A stretch of DNA of 64,000 bases, from contig JBBIPC010000007.1 in the NCBI GenBank assembly GCA_037443035.1, forward strand, positions 1-64,000. Reading direction: 5' to 3'. Below the pieces are notes generated by a model that was not told the DNA's origin, searched no databases, and worked only from the letters and a program-made list of their open reading frames with translations. Positions 56,979 to 64,000 of this stretch are shown here, piece by piece (positions within the stretch are counted from its first letter, which is position 1; the number at the start of each line of letters is the position of its first letter). A program made the translations under genes and the position numbers. This DNA comes from Chthonomonadales bacterium. Its GTDB lineage: Bacteria; Armatimonadota; Chthonomonadetes; Chthonomonadales; CAJBBX01.

Positions 56979-57052
56979 TCGGGGTGGGCGGACTTGAACC
57001 GCCGACCTCGCAGTCCCGAACCGCGCGCTCTACCAAGCTGAGCCACACCCCG
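56979..57052 (-). tRNA. tRNA-Pro (anticodon CGG), CCA not encoded
   Basis: CGGGGTGTGGCTCAGCTTGGTAGAGCGCGCGGTTCGGGACTGCGAGGTCGGCGGTTCAAGTCCGCCCACCCCGA folds as a cloverleaf; anticodon loop TT-CGG-GA; T-loop GGTTCAAGTCC. Confidence 0.95.
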
Positions 57053-57072
57053 ATAGTCGGGTCGTCACGTTC

Positions 57073-57102
57073 AGTATGCTTCAAGTCCCGATCGACTGTC
57101 AA
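57073..57102 (-). promoter_or_regulatory. sigma70 promoter of tRNA-Pro
   Basis: Minus strand TTGACA (57102-57097), 18 nt, CATACT (57078-57073), about 20 nt upstream of the tRNA. Confidence 0.6.
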
Positions 57103-57194
57103 GGTACCCAGCGTGATTCGACCGCGGATACACGGAGGGCGCTCGCATTCGCGCGGGCGCCCGCCTCGACGTCAGGTTGTGCTCCGTCCGATAT

Positions 57195-57992
57195 CTACTG
57201 GCGGTTCTCCGGGATGTTCCGGCACTGATTCTGCCAGTCGCGGAGGACGTTGCTGTCAGGTCCGGACCACCACTCCCAGAGGAAGTCGTCCGCAGGCACC
57301 TGCCCTGGCGCCCAGTTCAACGCCCCGAATGTGGCACACGCGTTGATCGCCTTGGCGTGGCCATCGTAGAAGCACCAGGTGGACTTGGCAGAGTTATGGC
57401 CGTTGAACATACCCTTGGAGCCATCGAACCACACGGTCCAGGGCAGCGTCCACGTTCCGAGATCCGGATACCACTCACGGGACTCGATAATCATGATGAG
57501 CGTGGATGGGCGTGTAGGCTCCGAGATCTTGCGGCCTGATGGCGCGTAGGCCGTGTGCGCCCAGCTGTGGCAGCCCGCATAGGACCGTCGGGCCATGGGC
57601 TGCTGCCATGCCAACTGGACATCGCTGCAGAGGCCCCATGCCCATAGGGGTTCATCGTACATCTCCCACATGGGGCAGACCGTCACGCCCGAGTTCTTGA
57701 TGTACGGATAGACCGAGTAGCGCCAGTCCCAGACGTTCCGGACGATCCGCCCGTCGAAGGATGTGCCCACCTGGGTACAGTTGCCCGACTGACCACCGTA
57801 GGGCAGGGTTTCGTCGTAGTCCTGCGCGTACTGAAGCACAGCCAGACCAAGCTGCTTGATGTTGGAAATGCACTGAGTGCGCTTCGCCTGTGCCCGCGCC
57901 TGCGCGAAGACAGGGAAGAGGATCGCCGCCAGAATGGCAATGATGGCGATCACGACGAGAAGTTCGATCAGGGTAAAGCCGCGACGTTGCAT
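57195..57992 (-). CDS. Prepilin-type N-terminal cleavage/methylation protein with DUF1559 and an H-X9-DG-type C-terminal motif
   Basis: [71 protein letters not shown] (H-X10-DG here). Confidence 0.9.
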   Translation of the reverse strand: MQRRGFTLIELLVVIAIIAILAAILFPVFAQARAQAKRTQCISNIKQLGLAVLQYAQDYDETLPYGGQSGNCTQVGTSFDGRIVRNVWDWRYSVYPYIKNSGVTVCPMWEMYDEPLWAWGLCSDVQLAWQQPMARRSYAGCHSWAHTAYAPSGRKISEPTRPSTLIMIIESREWYPDLGTWTLPWTVWFDGSKGMFNGHNSAKSTWCFYDGHAKAINACATFGALNWAPGQVPADDFLWEWWSGPDSNVLRDWQNQCRNIPENRQ

Positions 57993-58248
57993 GCTACAAC
58001 TCCTTCCTTCGGGTGGCGCTGACTTCCATCACCCGTAGTATAGTATACGTCGTTCCTGTCCTATTTCCCTGTTTTGTCCCCTGCCTTCCCGGTTTCATCG
58101 AACCTTCAACACGAACGCCAGACACCGGCCGGGCCCCAGGCCGGGCCTTGTCATCCTAGCTTATGCTACAATGGCCAGTGAGTTTGATGCGTCCGACGCC
58201 CATGGCTTGGGGAGCGTGTCGGACGTCGAGATGGAGGTTGGCTGTACT

Positions 58249-58809
58249 TTGATTGATACTAGCGATTTTCGCAACGGGCTCTCGATCATCCAGGGCAACG
58301 ACATTTTCACCATTGTCGAGTTTCAGCACGTGAAGCCAGGTAAGGGAGGCGCGTTCGTGCGCACACGATTGAAGAACGTGCGCACCGGTGCGGTCATCGA
58401 GAAGACCTTCCGTGCCGGCGAAAGGATGGAGCAGGCGAGGCTCGAGCGAAAGCCCATGCAGTACCTGTACAAACAGGACGACGAGTACTATCTGATGAAC
58501 ACCGAGACCTACGATCAGATATCGGTGTCGGGCGATCTCATCGGCGAGCCGGTGAAGTACCTCAAGGATGGAATGGAGGTCACCGTCGTCGAGCATGACG
58601 GTACGATCATCGCGGTAGAGGTACCCTTCTTCGTCGAGCTGGAGGTTGTCGAGACAGAGCCCGGTGTGCGCGGCGATACCGCGTCGGGAGGCTCGAAACC
58701 TGCGACACTCGAGACGGGTGCTGTGATTCAGGTGCCGTTTTTCGTGGATGTCGGTGACAAGGTCAAGGTGGATACTCGTACTGACGCGTATCTGGAGCGT
58801 GTGAAGTAG
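58249..58809 (+). CDS. efp: Translation elongation factor P
   Basis: TTG start after GGAGG; (M)[51 protein letters not shown]. Confidence 0.96.
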   Translation: MIDTSDFRNGLSIIQGNDIFTIVEFQHVKPGKGGAFVRTRLKNVRTGAVIEKTFRAGERMEQARLERKPMQYLYKQDDEYYLMNTETYDQISVSGDLIGEPVKYLKDGMEVTVVEHDGTIIAVEVPFFVELEVVETEPGVRGDTASGGSKPATLETGAVIQVPFFVDVGDKVKVDTRTDAYLERVK

Positions 58810-58841
58810 CTCCGGCCCTGTAGGAAGGGCGACCATAGACA

Positions 58842-60089
58842 ATGCGCATCCGGGAACCATCGTCCCGCCGTTCGACGGCCTTGCTGGAACAGGCGTTTTA
58901 CGACTGGACGAAGAAGATCCTTCAGCTTGCCAGCGTGGCGCTGGTAGCTCTTGGCGGGTACCTCGTCTACGGACTGATGTCCGGTGGGCTGGGTAACTGG
59001 TCTTCCCTGGACGCGGCAGCCCAGGCGCGCATCTCGGCCAACATTCAGGGCACGATCCTCTACTTCAACATCACCCTCATCGTACTGCTCATCACTTCCG
59101 TGATCCTCTACTACGATGAGGAATCCCTCGGCTACATCCTTGTCGTCCTTTCTATCGCGCTCTACTTCGGCGTTCCTTTCCTCATGGACTCCCAGATGCC
59201 CGGCCAGGTGGAGGCATGGGAGAAAGCCCGGAATGTCCCCATGTTGGCCCTGTACCACGAGGCGCGGGTCCTGGCGCTCATCCTCGTCGTCCCTGGTGTC
59301 GGCCTGGCCGTCTACGACATCGTCCAGCGAGTGCTGTCCGCGGGACGAGGCGAGAATGTGGACCTCACGGCCATGCAGTATGGCGGAGGCACCAAGGAGA
59401 TCGCTCCAGCGAACCCAGCCCTCATCGGCGCTTTCGCAGCTTGTTGGCAGTTACCGTTCTGCCGCGAGTCTCTCAGGGTCCGGTGCCCCATCTACCACCT
59501 GAAACGCCGATGCTGGCGCGAGCGCGTGGGCTGCATGTGCGAGGAGATGAGCATCCGGCAGGCGCTCGCCAGGTTCTTCGACAAACCGCGGGAGACGGGT
59601 AACTTGAACTTCGCTACGGGACTGGAGGGCGCCCCGGAGCCCGACACGCTCGTCGGCAGCTCGGTGCCCACTGGCCCGCGGGAGGATATCATCCGCGTTC
59701 CTGAGATCCGCAGGGATCAGGTGCGAATACCGTACAACACCTCCATGCCCATGGACGCGAAGAAAGAGCGGTGCCGCAACTGCGTGATCTACAACGAACA
59801 CCAACGCCACAAGTATCAGATGCTCGCGCCGATCATTACGCTGGCGGTGCCTCTGGTAGCCATTCTCGAGTTCGAAACGCTCCTGAACTACTTGAAGGAC
59901 TTCCTCCGCACCGCGGACCATGTCATGGCGCGCCTCTCTTTCGATCCGCAGGTACGCGACGTTGGCATTGCCGCCGCCACAACCAGCAGCGACGTCGCCA
60001 ACATCATCATGATCGCCTGCCTCGTCATTATCGTTACCACCATGGCGTTGCGCGTGCTCGAATACGTCGTATTCACACTGAAGGCATGA
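58842..60089 (+). CDS. Polytopic membrane protein with a Cys-rich (two-CW-like) soluble domain
   Basis: Four N-terminal and two C-terminal TM; CWQLPFC..CPIY..CWRERVGCMC ... CRNCVIY; stop overlaps the next start (ATGA). Confidence 0.7.
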   Translation: MRIREPSSRRSTALLEQAFYDWTKKILQLASVALVALGGYLVYGLMSGGLGNWSSLDAAAQARISANIQGTILYFNITLIVLLITSVILYYDEESLGYILVVLSIALYFGVPFLMDSQMPGQVEAWEKARNVPMLALYHEARVLALILVVPGVGLAVYDIVQRVLSAGRGENVDLTAMQYGGGTKEIAPANPALIGAFAACWQLPFCRESLRVRCPIYHLKRRCWRERVGCMCEEMSIRQALARFFDKPRETGNLNFATGLEGAPEPDTLVGSSVPTGPREDIIRVPEIRRDQVRIPYNTSMPMDAKKERCRNCVIYNEHQRHKYQMLAPIITLAVPLVAILEFETLLNYLKDFLRTADHVMARLSFDPQVRDVGIAAATTSSDVANIIMIACLVIIVTTMALRVLEYVVFTLKA

Positions 60090-60535
60090 GCGACACCGTC
60101 GAGAAGATCGTGGACCTCGTCGCCCGATCCAGGGTGCGTTCCGTGAAGATTCGTACGCCCGATTGCAGCATCACCGTGAGAGTGAACCGGCGTCGGACCG
60201 CGGTTCAGCCAGAAGCACCTCCATCGGTCACTCCAGAGAGTCGGGCAGCGCCGACGCCTGTCCACCCGACATTGGAGCTACAGACCGTCAGAAGCCGCCG
60301 CGTTGGGGTCTTCCATCATCTGGAGCCACCAGTGATCCTTGGGCAGACTGTCGCGGCGGGTCAGACGTTGGGTGTGATCGAATCCATGCGGATCCTCAGT
60401 GACGTCCGAGCCGAGCGAGCCGGCGCCGTGCACGAGATACTGATCGAGGACGGAGCGCCTGTGGAATACGACCAGCCTCTCTTCGTCCTGGCCGCGCAGC
60501 CGTCCGCCAGAGAGGACAACGGCGATGCTGGATAA
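60086..60535 (+). CDS. Biotin carboxyl carrier protein (AccB)-like protein lacking the biotin-accepting lysine
   Basis: AccB-type N-domain, Pro/Ala linker, VRSRRVGVF, GQTLGVIESMRILSDV..G.V.EIL..DG.PVEYDQPLF. Confidence 0.8.
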   Translation: MSDTVEKIVDLVARSRVRSVKIRTPDCSITVRVNRRRTAVQPEAPPSVTPESRAAPTPVHPTLELQTVRSRRVGVFHHLEPPVILGQTVAAGQTLGVIESMRILSDVRAERAGAVHEILIEDGAPVEYDQPLFVLAAQPSAREDNGDAG

Positions 60536-60893
60536 GATGCGTCGGTGGCGAGCTCTGAATATGATCGAGGTCCTGGTGGTTCTCGTCATCCTGGTAGCCA
60601 TCGGGGCATTCCTCCTACCGCGATACCTTCACTCCGCGGGAAAGCGCGCCGACAGTTTCCGTGGCCCTGTGGTCGAGGCAAGAGACACCGTCTGCCGCTC
60701 CAATCTCAACCAGTTGCGTGCCAGCATCCAAGCCGCCGCGGCTAGCGATCCGGATGGTGCCTATCCCCGCTCGCTGGAGGACCTCGGTATGCCTTCCGAG
60801 ATCCTAAGGTGCCCTACAGGTGGTGAGGCGTACCGGTATGACGCAGCATCCGGTCGCGTGCAGTGCCCGCATCCCGGACACGAGGGGTACTAG
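60525..60893 (+). CDS. Small type IV pilin/pseudopilin-like protein
   Basis: RWRA/LNMIEVLVVLVILVAIG (class III signal-like, E+5), CRSNLNQLR, YPRSLEDL, CP..Y.YD..G.V.CP..H. Confidence 0.7.
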   Translation: MLDKMRRWRALNMIEVLVVLVILVAIGAFLLPRYLHSAGKRADSFRGPVVEARDTVCRSNLNQLRASIQAAAASDPDGAYPRSLEDLGMPSEILRCPTGGEAYRYDAASGRVQCPHPGHEGY

Positions 60894-60900
60894 AAGGCTG

Positions 60901-62262
60901 ATGTTCCGCAAGATCCTGGTCGCCAACCGCGGCGAGATTGCCGTCCGCATTCTCCGAGCCTGCCGCGAGCTCGGCATCGCGACGGTCGCTGTGTACTCCG
61001 TGGCGGACCGTACCTCGCTACATGTGCAACTCGCCGATGAAACGGTCTGCATCGGCCCTGAATCCAGCAAGGATAGTTACCTCAACTCCGCCAACATCAT
61101 CGCGGCAGCTCACAATGCCGGTGCCGAGGCCATCCACCCAGGATACGGTTACCTGAGCGAGCAGGCGTCTTTCGCCGAGGCATGCGAGGCCTGCAAGCTC
61201 ACCTTCATCGGACCGCCCGCCCAGGTCATGGATGACATGGGTGACAAGGCCCGCGCACGAGAGATAGCCCGGAAGGCCAAGGTGCCCATCATTCCTGGCT
61301 CTGAGGGACCAGTCTCCAATGAGACAGAAGGCGCCAGAGTTGCTCAGCGCATCGGATTCCCCATCTACATCAAGGCGGTCGCAGGCGGCGGTGGCACGGG
61401 CATTCGCCGCGTGGATCGGGCCGAAGACCTGCCGCGGGCTCTTCAGATGGCCATGTCCGAAGCGGATGCCGCCTTTGGACGCCCCGACGTCTACATCGAG
61501 AAGTACCTGGAGCAGCCGCGCCATATCGAAGCCCAGGTCATGGCCGACCGCCACGGCCACGTCATGCACCTGGGGCTTCGCGAGTGCTCGGTACAGAACA
61601 TTCGGCACAAGAAACTCATCGAAGAGTGTCCTGCCAGCGAGATCCCTGCTTCGCTCGGTGCGAAGATCGCCGAAGCCGCAGTTCGCCTTGCCAGGTCCGT
61701 GGGTTACGTCAACGCCGGCACAGTGGAGTTCCTCGTGGACAAGAAGGGGGAGTTTTACTTCCTCGAGATGAATACCCGGCTGCAGGTGGAACACCCGGTG
61801 ACCGAACTCGTGACGGGCGTTGATATCGTCCAGGAGCAGATACGCATCGCGGCAGGGTTGCCCCTATCTCTTAGCCAGAAAGCGGTTCGCTGGTACGGTC
61901 ACGCCATCGAGTGCCGGGTCACCGCCGAGGATCCGGAGCAGAACTACATGCCTCAAGCCGGTCGGATTACGCGCATACGCTGGCCAGGCGGCCCAGGAGT
62001 GCGACTGGATACCCACGTCTACACCGGCTACGAAGTTCCCCCCTACTATGACCCCATGCTGGGAAAGGTCATTGTCTGGGCCCCAACTCGTGCAGCAGCC
62101 ATCGCCCGCATGCGCCGGTGCCTCGATGAGCTCGTCATCGAGGGTCTCGCCACGAACATCGCCCTTCAGCGAAGGATCGTCGCCAACCCGTTTTTCGAGA
62201 AGGGCGACGTCACCACCGAGACGTTAGCCAACGTCATCACCAACGGTGGTCAGGCAAGCTGA
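60901..62262 (+). CDS. accC: Biotin carboxylase (AccC-like)
   Basis: MFRKILVANRGEIA, IHPGYGYLSE, MGDK, KAVAGGGG, EKYL..PRHIE, FLEMNTRLQVEHPVTE, HAIECR, PGGPGVR.D, PPYYD. Confidence 0.9.
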   Translation: MFRKILVANRGEIAVRILRACRELGIATVAVYSVADRTSLHVQLADETVCIGPESSKDSYLNSANIIAAAHNAGAEAIHPGYGYLSEQASFAEACEACKLTFIGPPAQVMDDMGDKARAREIARKAKVPIIPGSEGPVSNETEGARVAQRIGFPIYIKAVAGGGGTGIRRVDRAEDLPRALQMAMSEADAAFGRPDVYIEKYLEQPRHIEAQVMADRHGHVMHLGLRECSVQNIRHKKLIEECPASEIPASLGAKIAEAAVRLARSVGYVNAGTVEFLVDKKGEFYFLEMNTRLQVEHPVTELVTGVDIVQEQIRIAAGLPLSLSQKAVRWYGHAIECRVTAEDPEQNYMPQAGRITRIRWPGGPGVRLDTHVYTGYEVPPYYDPMLGKVIVWAPTRAAAIARMRRCLDELVIEGLATNIALQRRIVANPFFEKGDVTTETLANVITNGGQAS

Positions 62263-62265
62263 CCG

Positions 62266-63396
62266 ATGCCCATGAACGATCGCGAAAGGTATCTGGAAAC
62301 TTTGCTTTTCGGTGCACCCGACCGCATCCCCTTCAACCCCGGCGGTCCGAGGGAGTCCACGCTCCGCGCCTGGCACCAGCAAGGGTTGCCTGAAGGCGTT
62401 CACTGGTACCACTACATCCGCGAGGTCATTGGCATCGAGCCGCCTCCGTCCGAGCCGCGCCCCGGTGTGTGGATACGGCACACGATGATCCCCGAGTTCG
62501 AGGAGAAGGTTCTCGAAGAGCGTGAGGACTCGCTCATTGTCCAGGACTGGAAGGGGAATATCTGCGAGATATCCAAGCAGTTCGATGTCTCTTATCTGCG
62601 GTCTGCCAAGGACTTCGTTACGCGGCGCTGGATCCGTTGCCCCGTCGAGACCTGGGACGACTGGGAATCCATGAAGGCGCGCTACGACCCCGAGGACACC
62701 TCGCGCTTGCCAGCCAACCTGGCCGAACTCGCGCCACGCCTGACGGACCGGGACTACCCCATCGGCGTGGGCGTCCACGGCCCCTTCTGGCAGATGAGAG
62801 AGTGGCTAGGCTTCGAAGGGCTCTGCGTGATGTTCAAGGACGACCCGGCCCTCATTCGCGACATGGTCCGTTTCTGGACCGATTACATCTCCCGCCTCCT
62901 CGAGAGGCTTCTCCGCGTAGTGACGGTGGATTACCTGCACATCTCCGAAGACATGGCCTACAAGGTGAAGCCCATGATCGGACCGGATATGTGCAGGGAG
63001 TTCCTCGCTCCATGCTGGCGCCAGTGGGGTGAGATCCTTCGGAGCCACGATGTGCCCATCTACGACGTCGACTCGGACGGATATATCGTGGACCTCATCC
63101 CGGTATGGACTGAATGCGGCATCAACGTCTGCGATCCCATCGAGGTAGCTGCGGGCAATGACATCCAGGCCATGCGTGAGCAGTTCGGGACGGCCATGGC
63201 ATTCCAGGGCGGCGTGGACAAACGCGCTATGGCCGCCGGCGGCCGCGAGCTCGAAGCGGAGCTGGATCGCATCGAACCCGTCCTCCGATCCGGCGGTTAC
63301 ATACCGGGCTGCGATCATGGCATACCGCCTGATGTAAGCTGGCCCAATATGGTGGCCTACTGCGACAGACTGGCGCGCATGACGGGCTGGAAGTAA
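62266..63396 (+). CDS. Uroporphyrinogen decarboxylase-fold protein (URO-D/MtaA-CmuA superfamily)
   Basis: MNDRER, GPFWQMREWLGFE, ISEDMAYK, DSDG, FQGGVDKR, GGYIPGCDHGIPPDVS. Confidence 0.85.
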   Translation: MPMNDRERYLETLLFGAPDRIPFNPGGPRESTLRAWHQQGLPEGVHWYHYIREVIGIEPPPSEPRPGVWIRHTMIPEFEEKVLEEREDSLIVQDWKGNICEISKQFDVSYLRSAKDFVTRRWIRCPVETWDDWESMKARYDPEDTSRLPANLAELAPRLTDRDYPIGVGVHGPFWQMREWLGFEGLCVMFKDDPALIRDMVRFWTDYISRLLERLLRVVTVDYLHISEDMAYKVKPMIGPDMCREFLAPCWRQWGEILRSHDVPIYDVDSDGYIVDLIPVWTECGINVCDPIEVAAGNDIQAMREQFGTAMAFQGGVDKRAMAAGGRELEAELDRIEPVLRSGGYIPGCDHGIPPDVSWPNMVAYCDRLARMTGWK

Positions 63397-63399
63397 GCC

Positions 63400-64000
63400 C
63401 TACGGCGCGTCAGCGTCACTTCCCCGGTACCGATAGCACCTGTAGAGATAGTAGGTCACCACAGGCTCATCGTAGATGGGCCGAACCCATACAACCACCG
63501 GCTCCCGCACAGGTTCCACTCGCTCGAAGAGTGTATGGAATGCCGGCAACAGCGGGTCATCCGGCGGCCGGTGGTCTACGATCAGTGCGTTCCGACCCTT
63601 GGTCAGCCCCGCAGCGGCGTTCAGGAAGCGATACTGATTGTCCCGTGTCCCCAGAAAGAAGCAGTACACGCGCGGTTGGCCAGGCAGATAGAATGCCAGC
63701 CGACTGGCATTGTCGTACGTGGCCGCCCCCACGATTGGAGCCACTCCTTCGCGCGCCATCTTACGCATCTCCTGCACACAGGCGGTGGCAAGCTCGCGGC
63801 CTCCATACATCTTCCGGGACTGATCGAGCCTCGCTGGGATGCGCAGCCCCACCGCCACACGGAACTCCGGCCATCCGGCAAGCAGTGAGATGATAGCAGC
63901 GAGTCCGGTGGCGACCGCTGCGTAACGTAGCCGTCGGCGATGGCGCGCTGGCTGCGATCCCGACCCTGCGACTTCGCGTGGCTCCTTCTCACTGTGCCGA
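63400..64000 (-). CDS. C-terminal part of a membrane protein, probably an ArnT/PMT-like (GT39/83) glycosyltransferase; 5' end lies outside the window
   Basis: Frame stays open to the window edge (RHSEKEP..AAVATGLAAIISLLAGWPEF..); Y.NASRLAFY..P.VY..R.NQY pattern. Confidence 0.55.
   Translation of the reverse strand, partial: RHSEKEPREVAGSGSQPARHRRRLRYAAVATGLAAIISLLAGWPEFRVAVGLRIPARLDQSRKMYGGRELATACVQEMRKMAREGVAPIVGAATYDNASRLAFYLPGQPRVYCFFLGTRDNQYRFLNAAAGLTKGRNALIVDHRPPDDPLLPAFHTLFERVEPVREPVVVWVRPIYDEPVVTYYLYRCYRYRGSDADAP

Noticed and set aside
56979..57052. tRNA as an integration site of a genomic island
   Set aside because: No duplicated tRNA 3' end and no integrase seen in the window.
62266..63396. 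hemE
   Set aside because: It lacks the MRQAGR signature of true uroporphyrinogen decarboxylase; only the superfamily is supported.
1..64000. PEP-CTERM substrates for the exosortase
   Set aside because: No ORF here ends in PEP + TM + basic tail; targets must be elsewhere.

Overview
GC-rich bacterial chromosomal segment with about 48 CDS and one tRNA-Pro(CGG). It is most likely from Armatimonadota. This is inferred from the [28 protein letters not shown] prepilin/DUF1559 protein, the exosortase-EpsI pair, diderm markers (GT9, YjbH) and many glycan-degrading enzymes. The window is mostly a housekeeping and carbohydrate mosaic: GH78, GH95, a GH2-like enzyme, two unassigned GH-like TIM barrels, rsmA, efp and accC. 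No CRISPR array, integrase or transposase is visible. The most notable feature is a tightly coupled 8-gene redox operon (43022-53593). It joins two membrane-anchored PQQ/BamB-type beta-propellers, a Tat NHL lipoprotein, a Cys-rich mini-protein and a NapGH-like Tat ferredoxin/membrane polyferredoxin pair to a cytoplasmic HydC-HydB (NuoE-NuoF) fusion with electron-bifurcation-type motifs. The last gene is a NuoG/GltD hybrid that has lost its NAD(P)H-binding domain. Other oddities are a stand-alone, degenerate Csx15-like protein, a BCCP-like protein with Arg at the biotin-lysine position next to a divergent accC, a PrsA foldase with a phage-terminase-small-subunit-like N-terminus, a CbcL-like multiheme c/cytochrome b protein, a probable ATT start codon for the exosortase, and an atypical membrane-protein gene bracketed by direct and inverted repeats. 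All family calls come from motif recognition by eye; no database searches were run.
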